Source: Sedimentisphaera cyanobacteriorum (GTDB taxonomy: Bacteria; Planctomycetota; Phycisphaerae; Sedimentisphaerales; Sedimentisphaeraceae). From it: a stretch of DNA of 32,000 nt. The notes under the pieces were generated by a model. It saw only the letters and a program-made list of their open reading frames with translations. It made no database searches and was not told the origin of the DNA. Both the position numbers and the translations under genes were made by a program. The stretch covers positions 870,001-902,000 of the forward strand of contig NZ_CP019633.1 in NCBI RefSeq assembly GCF_001997385.1. The letters are read 5' to 3'. This document shows, piece by piece, positions 15,728-24,393 of this stretch (positions are counted from its first letter, which is position 1; each line of letters begins with the position of its first letter).

Positions 15728-16086
15728 ACTTTGCTTCAAAGTTAATAACCCGCCGGAAGGAAATACACAGCATAAACACTCCTTTTGGGTGAATATATAG
15801 CTCAAAAGCTTATATACCAGATTTGCAGCGAGAAAGTCCTGAGCAGGAATTCCTTCAGCATGGCAAAGCTCCGCAACATTAAAGCCCACAATTTTTCACT
15901 TCTCGCTTAGCATTATGCAAAAATTTATATTTTTTTGTATGTAAAGTATAAGCAGTTTCTGATATTTATGCGGCGTTCTGTATTCCGGCAGAAAACGATT
16001 GAATTAATGTTGAATTTCGAACATTGCAAGGTTTAGTGATGAACGAAAATTTCAAAAAATATATTTTTTTATTTAAGAGGTTTACT

Positions 16087-17217
16087 ATGGCAAAGAAAAT
16101 TACAATCACCCTGCTCTCATTACTATTTTTCTGCGGCGCTGGGCTGGCGAAAAACGCTCAGTGGAGCGTTGAAAAAGCCAACCAGTGGTACTCACAGCAG
16201 CCTTGGATGGTTGGCTGCAATTTCCTCCCGAGCACCGCTATAAATCAGATTGAGATGTGGCAGGAGCTCACTTGGGACCCGCAGACTATCGACAAAGAGC
16301 TCGGCTGGGCTGAGCAACTCGGATTCAACACCGTCCGCGTGTATCTGCACGATTTGGTTTATGAGCACGAAAAAGAGGGCTTCATAAAAAGAATCGACGA
16401 ATTTCTTGATATATGCCAAAAGCACGGCATAAAACCTCTGCTTGTATTCTTCGACGACTGCCACTGGGCGTGGCCACATATGGGCGTTCAACCAAAGCCT
16501 GTTCCAGGCGTTCACAATTCCGGCTGGAAACACAGCCCGGGCTGGTTTACAACAAATGCCTACGAAAAAGGGACTGTAAGCAAAGCCGAAAAGAGAAAAC
16601 TCGAAGACTACATCAAGACAATACTGACGGAATTTTCGAATGATAAGAGAATCCTCGCTTGGGATCTTTATAACGAACCGGGCAGGTCGGGCAATAAACC
16701 TGTCAAGCTTCTCAAAGATACATGGCAGTGGGCTTGGCAGGTAAGGCCTTCTCAGCCGCTTACAGCGTGTGTAAACGGATGCGCAAACGATCAGGCAAAA
16801 CGAATAAACGCTAAGAACAGCGATGTTTACAGCTTTCACTCATACCACAACCCGAAAGGCACACAAAAACAGATTGATTTTGCAAAGAAAGACAGCAATG
16901 GAAGGCCGATTCTCTGCACTGAATATATGGCAAGAACCAAAGGCAGCACGTTTCAAAACTGCCTGCCGGTTTTCAAGAAGGAAAAAATATCCTGCTGGAA
17001 CTGGGGACTAGTTGACGGAAAATCCGGGACAAAATGGCCTTGGTCTTCAAGGACTAGAGACCGAGACGGACTTATAAGACCCCTGCCTTCTTCAGACCCT
17101 GACAATGCCCCGGCAGACCCGCCGGTATGGTTTCACGATATCTTCCGCAAGGACGGAACGCCCTACAGAAAGTCGGAAGTGGATTTTATCAAGAAAATCC
17201 TAAAAGCCGGTCAATAA
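16087..17217 (+). CDS. Secreted glycoside hydrolase, GH5-like (clan GH-A)
   Basis: The track ORF starts at a TTG at 16024. The ATG at 16087 follows an AAGAGG RBS and gives the signal peptide MAKKITITLLSLLFFCGAGLA. FNTVRVYLH and WDLYNEPG (NEP acid/base motif) are present, and CTEYMA is the candidate nucleophile. Confidence 0.7.
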   Translation: MAKKITITLLSLLFFCGAGLAKNAQWSVEKANQWYSQQPWMVGCNFLPSTAINQIEMWQELTWDPQTIDKELGWAEQLGFNTVRVYLHDLVYEHEKEGFIKRIDEFLDICQKHGIKPLLVFFDDCHWAWPHMGVQPKPVPGVHNSGWKHSPGWFTTNAYEKGTVSKAEKRKLEDYIKTILTEFSNDKRILAWDLYNEPGRSGNKPVKLLKDTWQWAWQVRPSQPLTACVNGCANDQAKRINAKNSDVYSFHSYHNPKGTQKQIDFAKKDSNGRPILCTEYMARTKGSTFQNCLPVFKKEKISCWNWGLVDGKSGTKWPWSSRTRDRDGLIRPLPSSDPDNAPADPPVWFHDIFRKDGTPYRKSEVDFIKKILKAGQ

Positions 17218-17260
17218 ACAACTCTTCGTAAGACTTCTTTATGTATGCGATTAAAAGCAG

Positions 17261-17304
17261 AAACGGGCATCCATGCCAGTAACGCCGGCGGTGCCCGTTT
17301 TTTA
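17261..17304. terminator. Shared (bidirectional) terminator between the convergent GH5-like and pfk genes
   Basis: AAACGGGCA (17261-17269) pairs with TGCCCGTTT (17292-17300). T-runs follow on the plus strand (TTTTTTA) and on the minus strand (TTTCTGCTTTT). The loop is large (22 nt) with possible internal pairing. Confidence 0.5.
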
Positions 17305-17306
17305 TG

Positions 17307-18425
17307 TCAAATTTTCAGTTCGCAGCCAAGGTTGGTATCAACGAGAAGAGCAGTTTTTATCCATTCATGGTCGCTGGGTACTTTTCTTGTAATCCCGGCT
17401 ACCTTTTCAAGGTCAACCGGTACGCACTTATTGTTTTTCACTCCAACCATAACATTATAAACCCCCTCAGCAAGCAGCTGGCCAACTTTAGTTCCGAGCC
17501 TTGTGCAGAGCAGACGGTCTGATGCAGACGGGCTCCCGCCACGCTGAACGTGCCCGAGCCTTGTAACCCGAGTGTCAATTCCGCAGGCCTGCGTGATCTT
17601 GCGGGCGATTTTGGTGGAAGTGGTTTCCTCAACCAGATATGTGCCGTCGTCGTCCATATAGGTTTTCTTCTTCTTTTTCTTCTTGCCGTTTTCCTTGATC
17701 TCGTCTGACTCCTTCTTAGAAAGCGCACCTTCAGCCACAGCCACAATCGAAAATCTTTTCTGATGCCTTCTTCGTGCAAGCAGATGATCTACAATGCTTT
17801 CAATTTTATAAGGCAGTTCAGGAATCAGGATAACATCCGCCCCGCCTGCAATGCCTGCACCGAGTGTAAGCCAGCCGGCCTTGTTGCCCATAATCTCGCA
17901 GACAATTACCCTGTGGTGGCTTGTGGCAGTTGTATGGAGTTTATCGATAGCGTCGGTAGCGATTTCGATGGCAGTATCAAAACCGAATGTGATATCGGTT
18001 TCAGCAACATCGTTATCGATGGTTTTGGGCAGTGTTATAACATTCAGCCCCTTTTTGCAAAGGTCCATCGCATTTTTCTGCGTCCCGTTGCCCCCTAGAC
18101 ATACAAGGCAGTCTATATGATTCCTCTGAGCGTTTGCAACAGCAATATCTGTTACATCAAGAATTTGATCGCCCATCGGCATCTTTCGGGGCTTGTCCCT
18201 GCTTGTACCGAGAATTGTCCCGCCGTTGGTAAGTATGCCGCTGACGTTCCTGTCTTCGAGAACCATTGTTCTGTTCTCAACGAGTCCTCTGAAACCATCA
18301 AGAAAACCCACAACTCGTGAGCCGTTTGCCATTGCAGACTTTGCAACACCCCTGATTGCTGCGTTAAGTCCCGGACAGTCTCCGCCGGAGGTTAATATTC
18401 CTACACATTTTGTTTTGTTGCTCAT
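17307..18425 (-). CDS. pfkA: 6-phosphofructokinase (ATP- or PPi-dependent; donor not assignable)
   Basis: 372 aa. Motifs: GILTSGGDCPGLNAAIRG, LGGNGT, LPKTIDNDV, MGNKAGW and LGHVQRGG. Confidence 0.9.
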   Translation of the reverse strand: MSNKTKCVGILTSGGDCPGLNAAIRGVAKSAMANGSRVVGFLDGFRGLVENRTMVLEDRNVSGILTNGGTILGTSRDKPRKMPMGDQILDVTDIAVANAQRNHIDCLVCLGGNGTQKNAMDLCKKGLNVITLPKTIDNDVAETDITFGFDTAIEIATDAIDKLHTTATSHHRVIVCEIMGNKAGWLTLGAGIAGGADVILIPELPYKIESIVDHLLARRRHQKRFSIVAVAEGALSKKESDEIKENGKKKKKKKTYMDDDGTYLVEETTSTKIARKITQACGIDTRVTRLGHVQRGGSPSASDRLLCTRLGTKVGQLLAEGVYNVMVGVKNNKCVPVDLEKVAGITRKVPSDHEWIKTALLVDTNLGCELKI

Positions 18426-18642
18426 AATTCACCCTGTATTTTCTTTCATTTGAATTTAGTATATACTGCCGGATTAAATTATCAACAGAACAAAAGACTT
18501 GAAGAACAAAAACGCAAAGTTAAGTTTTGATTTGGAACGCGGAAAAAGACTGAAAATCTTCCAGTCTTAGATGCAGCCAGCTTAGCGACAGAGTTATTTT
18601 TCTGATATTTTCTAAAATATTCAGGATTAACTGCAAACTGTC

Positions 18643-18670
18643 TTGAACAGCAAAAGAGTTTTTTTATAAT
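18643..18670 (+). promoter_or_regulatory. Candidate sigma70-type promoter for pta
   Basis: TTGAAC (18643-18648), N16, TATAAT (18665-18670). It lies ~48 nt upstream of the ATG at 18718. Confidence 0.45.
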
Positions 18671-18717
18671 TTTAAGACGTGGTTTTTATCTTTTAATAAT
18701 TCAAGAAAGTTGACACA

Positions 18718-19719
18718 ATGTCTGAAACAGAACAATTTCTAACAAATATCAAAGAAAAGGCTAAATCTCTATGCAGGCATATAGTTCTGCCGGAGGGGGA
18801 AGATAAGCGCATGGCTGAAGCCGCTTCTATGGCTTCAAAGGAAAAAATGGCGAAAATCACTATGCTCGGCGTTGCAGAACGCATCACAGCAAAACTAAAA
18901 GAAACCGGTGCGGCAATGGATATGATAAACGTTGTCAATACGGCAGATTCCCCCAAGCTTAAGGAATATGCTGAAGAGTTTTACCAGCTCAGAAAAAAGA
19001 AGGGCATTGATATGTCCAAGGCCGAACAGGCCGTTAAAGACAGTATGTATTTCGGCACAATGATGCTCAAAAAGGGCGATGCAGATGGGCTTGTAGCTGG
19101 AGCAGTGCATTCTTCGGCAGATACTATCCGCCCCGCTCTTCAGATTGTCAAATGCGCCCCTTCTGTTAATACCGTTTCGAGTATGTTTTTTATATGCAGG
19201 GGCGAGGAAACTTACCTCTTCTCAGACTGCGGGCTGAATCTCAACCCAACCACCGAACAGCATGCGGACATTGCCCTTGCCACGGCAAACACAGCGAGAC
19301 AGTTCGGCATTAAGCCTCGCATTGCAATGCTCTGCTATTCCACCAAAGGTTCTGGGCTCGGGCCGGATGTAGAAGCTATGCAGGAGGCAACAAAGGCCGC
19401 TAAAGAAAAGCTTGCTTCTGAATTTGAAGGCGATTACGCCATCGACGGCGAACTTCAGTTGGATGCGGCGTTTGTCCCGAAGGTAGCTGAGAAGAAGGCG
19501 CCCGGTAGCCCGCTCGAGGGGAAGGCAAATGTTTTCATATTTCCGGATCTCTGCGCAGGAAACATTGCATACAAGCTGGCAGAAAGAATGGGAGGAATGA
19601 GCGCATACGGCCCGATTCTACAAGGCATAGCCAAACCTGTCAACGACCTGTCAAGAGGCTGCAGCGCAAGAGACATTCTGGCAACTATAGCAATTACAGC
19701 CATACAGGGCGAAAAATGA
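18718..19719 (+). CDS. pta: Phosphate acetyltransferase (short form)
   Basis: 333 aa. Motifs: IVLPEGED.R, GDADGLV.GAVHSSADTIRPALQI, FSDCGLN.NP and GCSA.DI. Confidence 0.92.
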   Translation: MSETEQFLTNIKEKAKSLCRHIVLPEGEDKRMAEAASMASKEKMAKITMLGVAERITAKLKETGAAMDMINVVNTADSPKLKEYAEEFYQLRKKKGIDMSKAEQAVKDSMYFGTMMLKKGDADGLVAGAVHSSADTIRPALQIVKCAPSVNTVSSMFFICRGEETYLFSDCGLNLNPTTEQHADIALATANTARQFGIKPRIAMLCYSTKGSGLGPDVEAMQEATKAAKEKLASEFEGDYAIDGELQLDAAFVPKVAEKKAPGSPLEGKANVFIFPDLCAGNIAYKLAERMGGMSAYGPILQGIAKPVNDLSRGCSARDILATIAITAIQGEK

Positions 19720-19726
19720 TAATCAG

Positions 19727-19750
19727 AGGGTGCATAATGCACCCTTTTTT
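19727..19750 (+). terminator. Rho-independent terminator between pta and ackA
   Basis: AGGGTGCA (19727-19734) pairs perfectly with TGCACCCT (19738-19745). The loop is 3 nt and a TTTTTT run reaches 19750. Confidence 0.7.
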
Positions 19751-19798
19751 AGTTCAGCATATATATTGTTAACAGAGAAGTAAAAGGTGATTAGATAA

Positions 19799-20986
19799 AT
19801 GAAAATTCTCGTAGTAAACTGCGGGTCAAGCAGCTTGAAGTATCAGATTTTCGACATTGAACAAGGCAGCTTCAACCTTCTGGCAAAAGGTTCTGCAACA
19901 CGCATCGGGATTGAAGGCTCTATAATAGAGCATAAACCTTCAGGCAAAGAGGAATGCAGCATAAAAAAGCCTCTGAAAAACCACAAAGAGGCAATGCTTG
20001 CGATTGAACCCCTGCTCACAGATGACAAATACGGCGTTCTGGAAGATATATCTGAGATCAACGGTATCGGGCATCGAGTGGTTCACGGGGGCGAGGTCTT
20101 TAAGTCTTCAGTGGTAATTGATGAGGATGTTATCAGAGACATTGATAAGCTGTCCAAATTTGCACCCCTTCACAACCCTGCTAACCTTACCGGCATTCAA
20201 ACTTGCAGGCAGCTGATGGATGCTCCTAACGTTGCAGTATTTGACACTGCTGTGCACCAGACAATGCCGGCAAAGGCATTTATGTACGGCCTTCCTTTGG
20301 AGTATTACAAAAACAAGGGCATAAGAAAATACGGCTTCCACGGCACAAGCCACGATTTCGTTTCAGCAGAAGCTGCAAAACTTATCGGCAAGCCGTTCGA
20401 GCAGTGCAGAATTATTACATGCCATCTCGGCAACGGCAGCTCTATCACCGCATTCAAGGACGGAAAAGTGCAGGATACTTCTATGGGGCTCACTCCCCTG
20501 CAGGGAGTTTTAATGGGCACTAGATGCGGCGATGTTGACCCGGCCGCAGTTCTTTCTGTTATGCAGTCCGACGGGATAATGCCAAAGCAGATGGACGAAA
20601 TACTCAACAAGAAATCCGGCCTTCTCGGCCTTGCCGGCAGTTCCGATTTGAGGGATGTTATGAATATGGCCGAGCAGGGAAATCAGGATGCAAAGAATGC
20701 AGTTGAAATACTGGTTTACAGTATCCAAAAGTATATCGGTTCATATCTGGCTTCGCTTGGCGGCGCAGATGCAGTTGTTTTTACGGCTGGAATCGGCGAG
20801 AATAATCCAATTATCAGGGATAATGTGCTGAGCTGCTTTGGTTTTGCAGGAATAAAAGTGGACAAAAGCAAGAACGTGGCAGGAGAAAAAGTATTCTCCA
20901 CTGATGATTCAAAAGTGAAAGCCTTGCTTATTCCCACAAACGAAGAGCTTATGATTGCTATGGATACATACAAAATGATATCCTGA
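19799..20986 (+). CDS. ackA: Acetate kinase
   Basis: 395 aa. Motifs: MKILVVNCGSSSLKYQIF, HRVVHGG, FDTAFH-like FDTAVHQTMP, YGFHGTSH and TCHLGNGSS. Confidence 0.95.
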   Translation: MKILVVNCGSSSLKYQIFDIEQGSFNLLAKGSATRIGIEGSIIEHKPSGKEECSIKKPLKNHKEAMLAIEPLLTDDKYGVLEDISEINGIGHRVVHGGEVFKSSVVIDEDVIRDIDKLSKFAPLHNPANLTGIQTCRQLMDAPNVAVFDTAVHQTMPAKAFMYGLPLEYYKNKGIRKYGFHGTSHDFVSAEAAKLIGKPFEQCRIITCHLGNGSSITAFKDGKVQDTSMGLTPLQGVLMGTRCGDVDPAAVLSVMQSDGIMPKQMDEILNKKSGLLGLAGSSDLRDVMNMAEQGNQDAKNAVEILVYSIQKYIGSYLASLGGADAVVFTAGIGENNPIIRDNVLSCFGFAGIKVDKSKNVAGEKVFSTDDSKVKALLIPTNEELMIAMDTYKMIS

Positions 20987-21010
20987 CATCGCTTATAAAA
21001 AGAAATCCCA

Positions 21011-21043
21011 GGCTGGGGCTTTATAGAAGCTCCGGCCTTTTTT
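21011..21043 (+). terminator. Rho-independent terminator of ackA
   Basis: GGCTGGGGCTT (21011-21021) pairs with AAGCTCCGGCC (21027-21037), giving an 11-bp stem. Two of the pairs are G-U wobbles that form only on the plus-strand RNA. The loop is 5 nt and TTTTTT follows at 21038-21043. Confidence 0.65.
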
Positions 21044-21051
21044 AATGAAAA

Positions 21052-21999
21052 TCATCGCGTTCGGACAAGGCGGGTTCTGTCTATCTGCTTGTTTTCGATT
21101 ATAGGCTCAATTTCAGAAATAAATCGAAGGCCGTCCTGCCAGTAGCCGGCAGTCGGGGAAAGCCCCGGCATTTCGGCAATAAAAAAATCATTAAGCGATT
21201 GTATCATTATCTCCCTGAGCAGTTTGCACACCATTGAAGATGCAGAAACAGGAAGAAATCGCTGATCTGCTTTTGCAGTGAAATGTATCTTAATCTCTGA
21301 GCCGCCCTTTAGAAGATAGCTTGAGATGTTTTCTGATTCTTTAATTACAGCAACATCCATATAAGGGAACATCTTGGCAAGCGGCCTTGAATAATGAGCC
21401 CTCCCGCCCTGCCGGTCTGCGATGATTTGAATCTTTTCCTTTGGATGATTCTTTGCGATCAGTGCAATCAGCCGGCATACAAGAGTGAACAAAAGAGAAG
21501 ATTTATTCTGTACGCTTTGGATTAAGTCGTTGTATGTCCCAGCATCGAGAAGCTCAGCAGAAGCACCAATAAATTCTATATTATTCTTTTGGCATTCTCT
21601 GCTGAAAACCTCGCTTGAAATGCTCAAATCCTGAATATCGTAACCCAGAGACTGGTTTTTAAGCCTTTCATACCAAGGGTAATCAGCCGGCCTTCTAAGT
21701 GAGCCGTATGTTAAGCAGTCAATAAGCTCTCTTGCTGATTCAGGGCGAACACCGGTAAGGGCAAGTACTGTTTTCAGCAAATGGCCGATTCCTGATTTTC
21801 GAGAATAAGCTTTTTTGCTGTCTGTTATGAGAAGACGACCCCGAAGACCGCGTTTGTTTTTTGCTGCTGCCGACTTCAGAAGCTCCCAGAGATCCTCAGC
21901 GATTATTTCATCAGGAATGCCAAAACCTGCACAGCTCACCGCTAGAGGCCCGAGGATCGGACCGTAACCTGCTTCATCTATCCCATACAAAACTGCCAT
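21052..21999 (-). CDS. RNase HII-family protein, divergent, with a ~100-aa internal insertion
   Basis: The N-terminal GIDEAGYGPILGPLAV, together with ITDSKK, IIADRQGG and KADQRFLPVSASSMVCKLLRE, parallels the RNase HII DEDD blocks (GxDEAGRG, DSKKL, VDG, GD...AASI.AK..RD). The protein is 315 aa, against ~200 aa for typical RNase HII. Confidence 0.55.
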   Translation of the reverse strand: MAVLYGIDEAGYGPILGPLAVSCAGFGIPDEIIAEDLWELLKSAAAKNKRGLRGRLLITDSKKAYSRKSGIGHLLKTVLALTGVRPESARELIDCLTYGSLRRPADYPWYERLKNQSLGYDIQDLSISSEVFSRECQKNNIEFIGASAELLDAGTYNDLIQSVQNKSSLLFTLVCRLIALIAKNHPKEKIQIIADRQGGRAHYSRPLAKMFPYMDVAVIKESENISSYLLKGGSEIKIHFTAKADQRFLPVSASSMVCKLLREIMIQSLNDFFIAEMPGLSPTAGYWQDGLRFISEIEPIIENKQIDRTRLVRTR

Positions 22000-22015
22000 A
22001 TTCCGCTTTCAAGCT

Positions 22016-23242
22016 CTATTTATCCAGCGGTGTTTCAGAAGTTCCCTTGATGTAGAGCTGCGGAAGGCTCCCGTGAACTTCTTTCCAATTGGGTTCTTCG
22101 CCTCTTTTTGTTTGCCCCGCAAAAAGCCAGCCGGCCTGTTTGTAAAAATAATAATCCTTCATCAGTTCTGGCTTGAGTGCTCTGCTTGTTCTGCCCTTAT
22201 ACTCATCTCCGCAGCCTGCTGGATTGAAGCATTCAGAAGTTTCTATGTCCCAGAAACAGCCCTCAAGAATGCTTTTCTGAGTTTCACCTGCAACACCGCC
22301 TCTTGAATTGTCTGAGAGCTCTGTGGAAAGCCCTCCAGCGAAAAATGAATTCCTTATAATTGAGTAATACTGCCGGCCGGCAATCCCGCCTCCAAAAGCA
22401 TTTTTTTGCGGAAAAACATTCGCCTTGCTCCAGCATGCAGTAAGTGTGCCGTTATAGAGCTCGCCTGATATGCCGCCGCAGTAGCTGTTTTTATTGCCCG
22501 AACTCACTCTGCACGCCTTTGTGAAGCATCTTGTTATCTCACCTTCAACAGCGTAGCCTGTAATACCGCCGGCATAAGAGAATTTTTCAGAATCCACTGA
22601 AACATCACAAACAGAAGAGCTGTTTTCAACTACAGATTGAAGAGAGTATCCAATCAATCCACCTGCAAACGCCCTTCTGCCTGCATAAACATTTATCTCG
22701 CCCGAGCTGCTGCATCCTGTTACCTGCCCGCCTTTCAGCCGGCCGACGAGGCTGCCGGCGGCGGCGTAATCGCCGCAGCGGACATTAATCTTAACCTCCG
22801 ATGCAGAGCAGTTAATCAGCTTGCCCTTGCATAAACCTGCAAGACTCCCCGCATAAACAAGGTCATCTCTCGCTGCAAACATCTTCGGTTTAACCAAGTG
22901 CAGATCAGCTATCCTTGCATTCTGAGAGAGGTTGGCAAATAAACCTGCTGTCTCAGAATAACGTCCGGTGTAGCTCAGATTATGTATCTTATGGCTGCCG
23001 CCTTGAACGGTGCCGCCGAAAGGCTCCTCCTGCTCTGGAGCTATAGGGTCTATTTGCAAGCCTTTCATATCAACATCAGAAGTGAATTTGAAGCTTTTCC
23101 CCCAATGACCGGGGGTTTCAGCCAATTGAACGAGGTCATCTGAAGAGCCTATCTCAAACGGAGCTTCCAGAGACCCGTCTCCCCCTGAATATGAAAATAG
23201 CGATGCCGAAAGAAGCAGTAAGATTAAATTTATTTTTCTCAT
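22016..23242 (-). CDS. Secreted GLUG-motif repeat protein
   Basis: Signal peptide MRKINLILLLLSASLFSYS. Repeated GLUG-type units: AGSLAG, AGSLVG, AGGLIGY, AGGITGY, GGISGE, GGIAGR and GGVAGE. Confidence 0.65.
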   Translation of the reverse strand: MRKINLILLLLSASLFSYSGGDGSLEAPFEIGSSDDLVQLAETPGHWGKSFKFTSDVDMKGLQIDPIAPEQEEPFGGTVQGGSHKIHNLSYTGRYSETAGLFANLSQNARIADLHLVKPKMFAARDDLVYAGSLAGLCKGKLINCSASEVKINVRCGDYAAAGSLVGRLKGGQVTGCSSSGEINVYAGRRAFAGGLIGYSLQSVVENSSSVCDVSVDSEKFSYAGGITGYAVEGEITRCFTKACRVSSGNKNSYCGGISGELYNGTLTACWSKANVFPQKNAFGGGIAGRQYYSIIRNSFFAGGLSTELSDNSRGGVAGETQKSILEGCFWDIETSECFNPAGCGDEYKGRTSRALKPELMKDYYFYKQAGWLFAGQTKRGEEPNWKEVHGSLPQLYIKGTSETPLDK

Positions 23243-23477
23243 TTTTTATGCCTGAAACTAAGAAATACCTATTAATTATTATACTTAAAACAGCAGAATT
23301 TCAATCAGTATTCATAACCAAACTTTTTTAATTTGCTCCTTTTTGCATTTTTACTGCTGAATCATAGGGTTGTTTACAAATTGAAAGGAAAAATGTTAAA
23401 TTTGGTGTTACCTATAATCGTCAAGTCATTAAAATACTCTTATACATAAATTTAGTTAAACTGCGATAGAAAATAAT

Positions 23478-23984
23478 ATGGATGAAAAGTATTTTGCAGA
23501 AAAATTGTCATTGGAAGGCTCTAAGCTGTATAATTACATCCTTATGATTGTGCCTAACACAGCTGATGCTGATGACATATTTCAAGAGGCTTCTCTAATT
23601 ATGTGGCAAAAAAGAGATACTTTCAAGAAAGGTACAAATTTTCTTTCATGGGGCAGAACAATCGCACGCTACTGCGCAAAAAATTACTGCAGAAAACATT
23701 ACTCCCGAAGCTCATATTTAGACAATGACATATTAGAGCTTATTGAATCAGAAAATGCCAAAGAAGACGCAGGCAGCGACATAAAAAAGGAACTGCTCGA
23801 GGAATGTGTCGAAGATGTAAGCGGTTCCTGCAAAAATTTACTCTCAATGAAATACCAGCAGAGATTTACTTTGAGCGAAATCGCAGGCATACTCGACTTA
23901 TCTATAACAGCGGTACACAGACGGCTTTCAAAAACGCATGATATCCTTTCAAGGTGCATCGGAAGAAAGATGCTGGATTATTGA
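23478..23984 (+). CDS. ECF-type RNA polymerase sigma factor (Rhodopirellula/Verrucomicrobium-type sigma-70 family)
   Basis: 168 aa. Region 2 is DADDIFQEASLIMWQKRDTF....FLSWGRTIARY. The region 4 HTH is FTLSEIAGILDLSITAVHRRLSK. Confidence 0.88.
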   Translation: MDEKYFAEKLSLEGSKLYNYILMIVPNTADADDIFQEASLIMWQKRDTFKKGTNFLSWGRTIARYCAKNYCRKHYSRSSYLDNDILELIESENAKEDAGSDIKKELLEECVEDVSGSCKNLLSMKYQQRFTLSEIAGILDLSITAVHRRLSKTHDILSRCIGRKMLDY

Positions 23985-24205
23985 TGAAAACTCATTTTAT
24001 CTATAAAAGCATTCTCAGCAGGTTAATTCTTGCTTCGCTCAGTGGAGAAATTACGTACGATCAGTTAGATAAGCTGAACCAGCTTCTCGCTTCAAGCCGA
24101 GAAGCCAGAGATTATTACAGAAATTTTATTTTCTGCTGCAGCTGCTTTGAAAAAGACGAGATTCCGGTTTACTCTAATGTTCACTTAAGAAAATCCTCAG
24201 GCTGA
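23984..24205 (+). CDS. Short anti-sigma-factor-like ORF (N-terminal sigma-binding helix region only)
   Basis: The ATG at 23984 overlaps the sigma stop by 1 nt (TGATG). The 73-aa product (LILASLSGEITYDQLDKLNQLLASSREARDYYRNFIF) resembles the N-terminal segment of PVC FecR-type anti-sigma factors. No transmembrane or C-terminal domain follows. Confidence 0.4.
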   Translation: MKTHFIYKSILSRLILASLSGEITYDQLDKLNQLLASSREARDYYRNFIFCCSCFEKDEIPVYSNVHLRKSSG

Positions 24206-24316
24206 ATTCTGACTGTCATATCTTTCTCGGCGGCAAGAAACCACGTATTTCCAAGACTAATATATTTGCAGTATTAATGCTTTTTCACTGTTTCAGGTGA
24301 ATTCTGCTTAAAATAT

Positions 24317-24345
24317 TTGCAAAAACCTGCATTTATAATTATAAT
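24317..24345 (+). promoter_or_regulatory. Candidate sigma70-type promoter for the 24394-28329 operon
   Basis: TTGCAA (24317-24322), N17, TATAAT (24340-24345). It lies ~48 nt upstream of the TTG start at 24394. Confidence 0.45.
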
Positions 24346-24393
24346 CTCGCCTCTTCGAGTTGATAATTTACAATATTTAATCAGGGATCAGCG

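Noticed and set aside
15672-15889. 62-aa minus-strand ORF (15701-15889), and a 33-aa ORF (15672-15773) with a strong AAAGGAG RBS 5 nt before its ATG, just upstream of glmM
   Set aside because: The 62-aa ORF has no RBS or motifs. The 33-aa ORF (MLCISFRRVINFEAKFDSLFAYIIISLVTLNIK) is intriguing as a leader or small membrane peptide. However, it overlaps the best glmM promoter candidate and cannot be supported without conservation or expression data.
15655-16086. Possible riboswitch or ribozyme (glmS-like) in the long glmM upstream region
   Set aside because: The glmS ribozyme is associated with glmS rather than glmM. The region is AT-rich, and I saw no conserved GC-rich pseudoknot-like pairings.
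17664-17684. Poly-Lys coding run as a programmed frameshift or slippage site
   Set aside because: The codons alternate AAG and AAA, and the longest A-run is only 5 nt. The downstream PFK sequence stays in frame with conserved motifs (LGHVQRGG).
16192-18453. Antisense or alternate-frame ORFs within the GH5-like and pfk genes (for example 16192-16839, 17438-17779, 17763-18098, 18193-18453)
   Set aside because: These are shadow ORFs of strongly supported genes. The RRKRRRK stretch in 17438-17779 is simply the alternate frame of the poly-Lys-coding run.
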